NCBI GenBank assembly: GCA_965206645.1
Contig: CBDBKE010000003.1
Span: 768,001 to 832,000 of the forward strand
DNA length: 64,000 nt
DNA from: Terriglobia bacterium
GTDB lineage: Bacteria > Acidobacteriota > Terriglobia > JAJPHL01 > JAPKYU01
Direction of reading: 5' to 3'
Below the pieces are notes generated by a model that ran no database searches, had not been told where the DNA came from, and saw only the letters and a list, made by a program, of their open reading frames with translations. This document shows, piece after piece, positions 61,183 through 64,000 of this stretch. A program made the translations under genes and the position numbers. Numbering within the stretch: the first letter of the stretch is position 1; every line of letters starts with the position of its first letter.

Positions 61183-62535
61183 CTACAGAATCGGCTCTTC
61201 CCAGCTCTCCAGGGTCTTCTTCACGTAGGCCATGAACTGGTCGGCCAACACTCCGTCAACCACCCGATGGTCGTAGCCGAGCGAAAGGTACACGATGGAG
61301 CGAATCGCGATGGCGTCGTCAATCACCACCGGCGTCTTGTGGATGTGGCCCACGCCCAGAATGGCAACCTGGGGCTGGCTGATGATGGGTGTGCCGAACA
61401 AGGCGCCCTGGCCGGGATTGGTGATGGTAAAGGTGCCGTTCTGCACCTCGTCGGGTGAGAGTTTCTTGGCGCGGGCGCGGTCAGCCAGATCGCGGATGGC
61501 TTTGGCTAACCCGAGAAAGTTCTTCTCTTCGGCGTTCTTAATGACAGGGACGATCAGGCCCCACTCGAGCACCACGGCGATGCCCAGGTTGATCTCCTTC
61601 TTGAGAACAATGTTGGTGCCCTCCAGTGAAGAGTTCACGTAGGGAAAGGCCTTCAGGGCAGTCACCGCAGCGCGGGCAATGAAGGGCAGGTAGGTCAGCC
61701 TGACGCCGTTGCGCTGCTCGAACTCCGCCTTGGTCCGCGCGCGCAGCCGAGCAACGCGGCTCATGTCCACATCGAAGACAGTGTGCACATGCGGGGAAGT
61801 GCGCTTGCTCTCCACCATGTGTTGGGCGATCTTCTGCCGCATGGCGGACATGGGCACCACCCCCACCCGCGCACCGGGCGTCCCCGGAGCCGCCGGCTGA
61901 GCTGAGGTTGGGGCGGCAGCAGGCGAAGGAGGAGCTGAGGGAGCGGGAGCCACGCCACCCTTTCCGGCCTCGATATAGGCCAGGATGTCTGCCTTGGTGA
62001 TGCGCCCGCCCAGGCCGCTTCCAGACACCTGGCTGAGGTCCACGCCGTGCTCGGCGGCCATCCGGCGCACCAGCGGGGAGCTGCGTACCTCGGCGGCTTC
62101 CGCTGACGGCTGGGGCCGGCGCGGCATTTCGACCGCTGGCTCGCGCTCGACGGCGGCGGGCGGCGCCGACGGGGGCGCGGCCGCTTGGGGCGCAGGCGGT
62201 GGAGGCGCGGCTTTGGCTGATTCGGCGGCCGGTCGGGAGGCCGGTTCGGAGACTGGCTCGGCGGCTTCGGCTTTGGCGGGTTGCGCCGCCACCGCACCTG
62301 CTTCCTCAATCTCGGCTACGACGGTGTTGATCTGCACCGTCTCTCCCTCGGGCACTAGCACCCGCGACAGCACACCTGCGGCGGGGGAGGGAATTTCGGC
62401 GTCCACCTTATCGGTGGAGATTTCAAACAACGCTTCATCCCGCTGCACCGGTTCGCCCGGCTTCTTGAGCCACCGGGTAATGGTTCCCTCAAAGATGCTC
62501 TCCCCCATCTGGGGCATGATCACGTTGGTTGGCAT
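61183..62535 (-). CDS. 2-oxoacid dehydrogenase E2 (dihydrolipoamide acyltransferase)
   Basis: Lipoyl domain ISTDKV, E3-binding SSPLVRRMA, catalytic DHRVVDG. Confidence 0.93.
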   Translation of the reverse strand: MPTNVIMPQMGESIFEGTITRWLKKPGEPVQRDEALFEISTDKVDAEIPSPAAGVLSRVLVPEGETVQINTVVAEIEEAGAVAAQPAKAEAAEPVSEPASRPAAESAKAAPPPPAPQAAAPPSAPPAAVEREPAVEMPRRPQPSAEAAEVRSSPLVRRMAAEHGVDLSQVSGSGLGGRITKADILAYIEAGKGGVAPAPSAPPSPAAAPTSAQPAAPGTPGARVGVVPMSAMRQKIAQHMVESKRTSPHVHTVFDVDMSRVARLRARTKAEFEQRNGVRLTYLPFIARAAVTALKAFPYVNSSLEGTNIVLKKEINLGIAVVLEWGLIVPVIKNAEEKNFLGLAKAIRDLADRARAKKLSPDEVQNGTFTITNPGQGALFGTPIISQPQVAILGVGHIHKTPVVIDDAIAIRSIVYLSLGYDHRVVDGVLADQFMAYVKKTLESWEEPIL

Positions 62536-62621
62536 GGCAATGTTTCCTGCTTTGGATTTGCCGTCAGTATGGCGTCAGTATATCGTAGGTAGCGACTGTT
62601 AAAAGCCAGCAACGATCCCGC

Positions 62622-63317
62622 TCAGCAATCGGCAGACAGTACTTCGGCCCTGGCTGCGGACCGTGGGCTCGGGCTAAGGGCCGCCAGACTCGGTGGAGCA
62701 TACTGCCGCTGGAATTCTCGCGCCACCACCTGCTTGACAGTTCGCATCACGGGAGGCGCCCCCAGAACCTGAGCACCCAGAACCTGAGCAATAGACGTGA
62801 CGCCGTAGCCGTGAATCCCACAGGGCACAATGAATTGGAAATAGCGCAGGTCGGGGTCCACGTTGAGCGCGAATCCGTGCGAGGTGACCCAGCGGCTGAT
62901 GTGCACTCCGATGGCGGCGATCTTGCGCTCGCCCACCCAGACCCCGGTGAACCCTGTGCGGCGTCCGGCCGCGATGCCGAATTCGGCCAACGCGGCGATC
63001 AGGGCCCCCTCCAGTGAGCGGACATACCAAACGACGTCCTTGCGGATGGCCCCCAGGTCCAGAATCGGGTAACCGACCAACTGGCCCGGGCCGTGGTAGG
63101 TGATGTCGCCGCCCCGGTTGGTGGTGTGCAGCTTCACCTCCGGCGGCAAGGCCAGCAGGTGCTCGCGCCTGGCGGTACGACCCAGCGTGAAGACGTGCGG
63201 GTGCTCCAGCAGCAGCAACGTGTCGGAGATTTCGCCCGCTCGCCGGCGCTCCACCAGCTGGCGCTGCAGTTCAGCCGCCTCGGCGTAGCCGATGGTTCCG
63301 AGGTCCTCGACGGTCAT
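62622..63317 (-). CDS. lipB: Lipoyl(octanoyl) transferase
   Basis: LLEHPHVFTLGR, RGGDITYHGPGQLVGYP, KIAAIG, HGFALN, IVPCG. Confidence 0.95.
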   Translation of the reverse strand: MTVEDLGTIGYAEAAELQRQLVERRRAGEISDTLLLLEHPHVFTLGRTARREHLLALPPEVKLHTTNRGGDITYHGPGQLVGYPILDLGAIRKDVVWYVRSLEGALIAALAEFGIAAGRRTGFTGVWVGERKIAAIGVHISRWVTSHGFALNVDPDLRYFQFIVPCGIHGYGVTSIAQVLGAQVLGAPPVMRTVKQVVAREFQRQYAPPSLAALSPSPRSAARAEVLSADC

Positions 63318-63339
63318 AGTAAGGAATTGATGGGCATGG

Positions 63340-63999
63340 TCAAGAATTGATGGCCATCCCATAGACAGCGTTGCCGGCGTCGAACACGGCTTCGGCCAGC
63401 GTGGGGTGGGCGTGAATCGTGTACATGAACTCTTCCACGGTGGCTTCCAGCTCCAGCGCCATCACCGCTTCGGCAATCATCTCGGTGGCCAGCGGCCCGA
63501 TGATGTGGACCCCGAGCAGCTCGCCGTACTTCTCCTCGGCCACAATTTTCACAAAGCCGTCGTGCTGGCCGAGAATGGAGGCGCGGCTATTGGCCCCAAA
63601 GCTGAACTTGCCCGTCTTCACCTTGTGGCCCCGTTCCCGGGCATCTGCCTCGGTGAGTCCGACGCTAGCGATTTCCGGGTGGCAGTAGGTGCAACCGGGG
63701 ATGCGCTCGCGGCGCACCGGCTTCACCGGCTTGCCGGCTGCGTGCGTCACGGTCACAATGCCCTGCATGGATGCCACGTGCGCCAGTTGCGGCATTCCGG
63801 CGACGATGTCGCCGATGGCGTAGAGCCCCGGCTCCTCGGTCTGCTGGTATTGGTTGACGTGCATGAAACCGCGTTCCACGCGGGCCCGGGTCTGTTCCAG
63901 GCCTATGTTTTCCGTGTTGGGCCTGCGCCCCACCGCCACCAGCACGGTTTCGGCCTCGACCGCTTGGCTCTTGCCATCCGCGGTGAATTCCACGCGCAC
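63340..63999 (-). CDS. lpdA: Dihydrolipoamide dehydrogenase (C-terminal part; runs off the window)
   Basis: VGRRPN, YAIGDI, LAHVAS, HAHPTLAE. Confidence 0.93.
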   Translation of the reverse strand: MRVEFTADGKSQAVEAETVLVAVGRRPNTENIGLEQTRARVERGFMHVNQYQQTEEPGLYAIGDIVAGMPQLAHVASMQGIVTVTHAAGKPVKPVRRERIPGCTYCHPEIASVGLTEADARERGHKVKTGKFSFGANSRASILGQHDGFVKIVAEEKYGELLGVHIIGPLATEMIAEAVMALELEATVEEFMYTIHAHPTLAEAVFDAGNAVYGMAINS

Positions 64000-64000
64000 C

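Overview
High-GC bacterial chromosome segment, probably Acidobacteriota (inferred from TIGR03437-type C-terminal domains and gene content). Left arm (1-8.9 kb): purS, glmS, a GT87-like membrane glycosyltransferase, a membrane gene with an in-frame amber stop, an FGE-fold protein and a FabF-methyltransferase-flavoprotein cluster. The centre is a ~27 kb accessory zone between two convergent tRNAs, tRNA-Gln(TTG, +, 8893-8966) and initiator tRNA-Met(CAT, -, 36137-36213). Its first part (8967-15278) is debris: an IS1380 fragment, higBA, a P4-type integrase remnant and an IS21. The second part is a ~20.9 kb integrative element (15279-36145). Its ends can be read from the sequence: an 8-bp att core GGTTGCGG and an 18-bp inverted arm-type repeat at each end. 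It carries an intact tyrosine integrase, Xis/HTH/RHH regulators, an MT-A70 methyltransferase, a small-terminase-like gene and a large terminase. No recognisable portal, capsid, tail or replicase gene is present. Cargo includes a translationally coupled HicA-extended HicB-unknown protein triad, a dif-like site, a multiply inactivated type I R-M system with an M48-family gene, and a GxxExxY gene. The right arm (36.2-64 kb) is mostly housekeeping: matrixin-like exported protein, duplicated CBS genes, a glpX with degenerate catalytic motifs, cobA-hemD, trpS, truB, S41 protease, lptD, a flippase/methyltransferase/GNAT cassette, E2, lipB and a partial lpdA. All calls come from reading motifs by eye; no database search was run.
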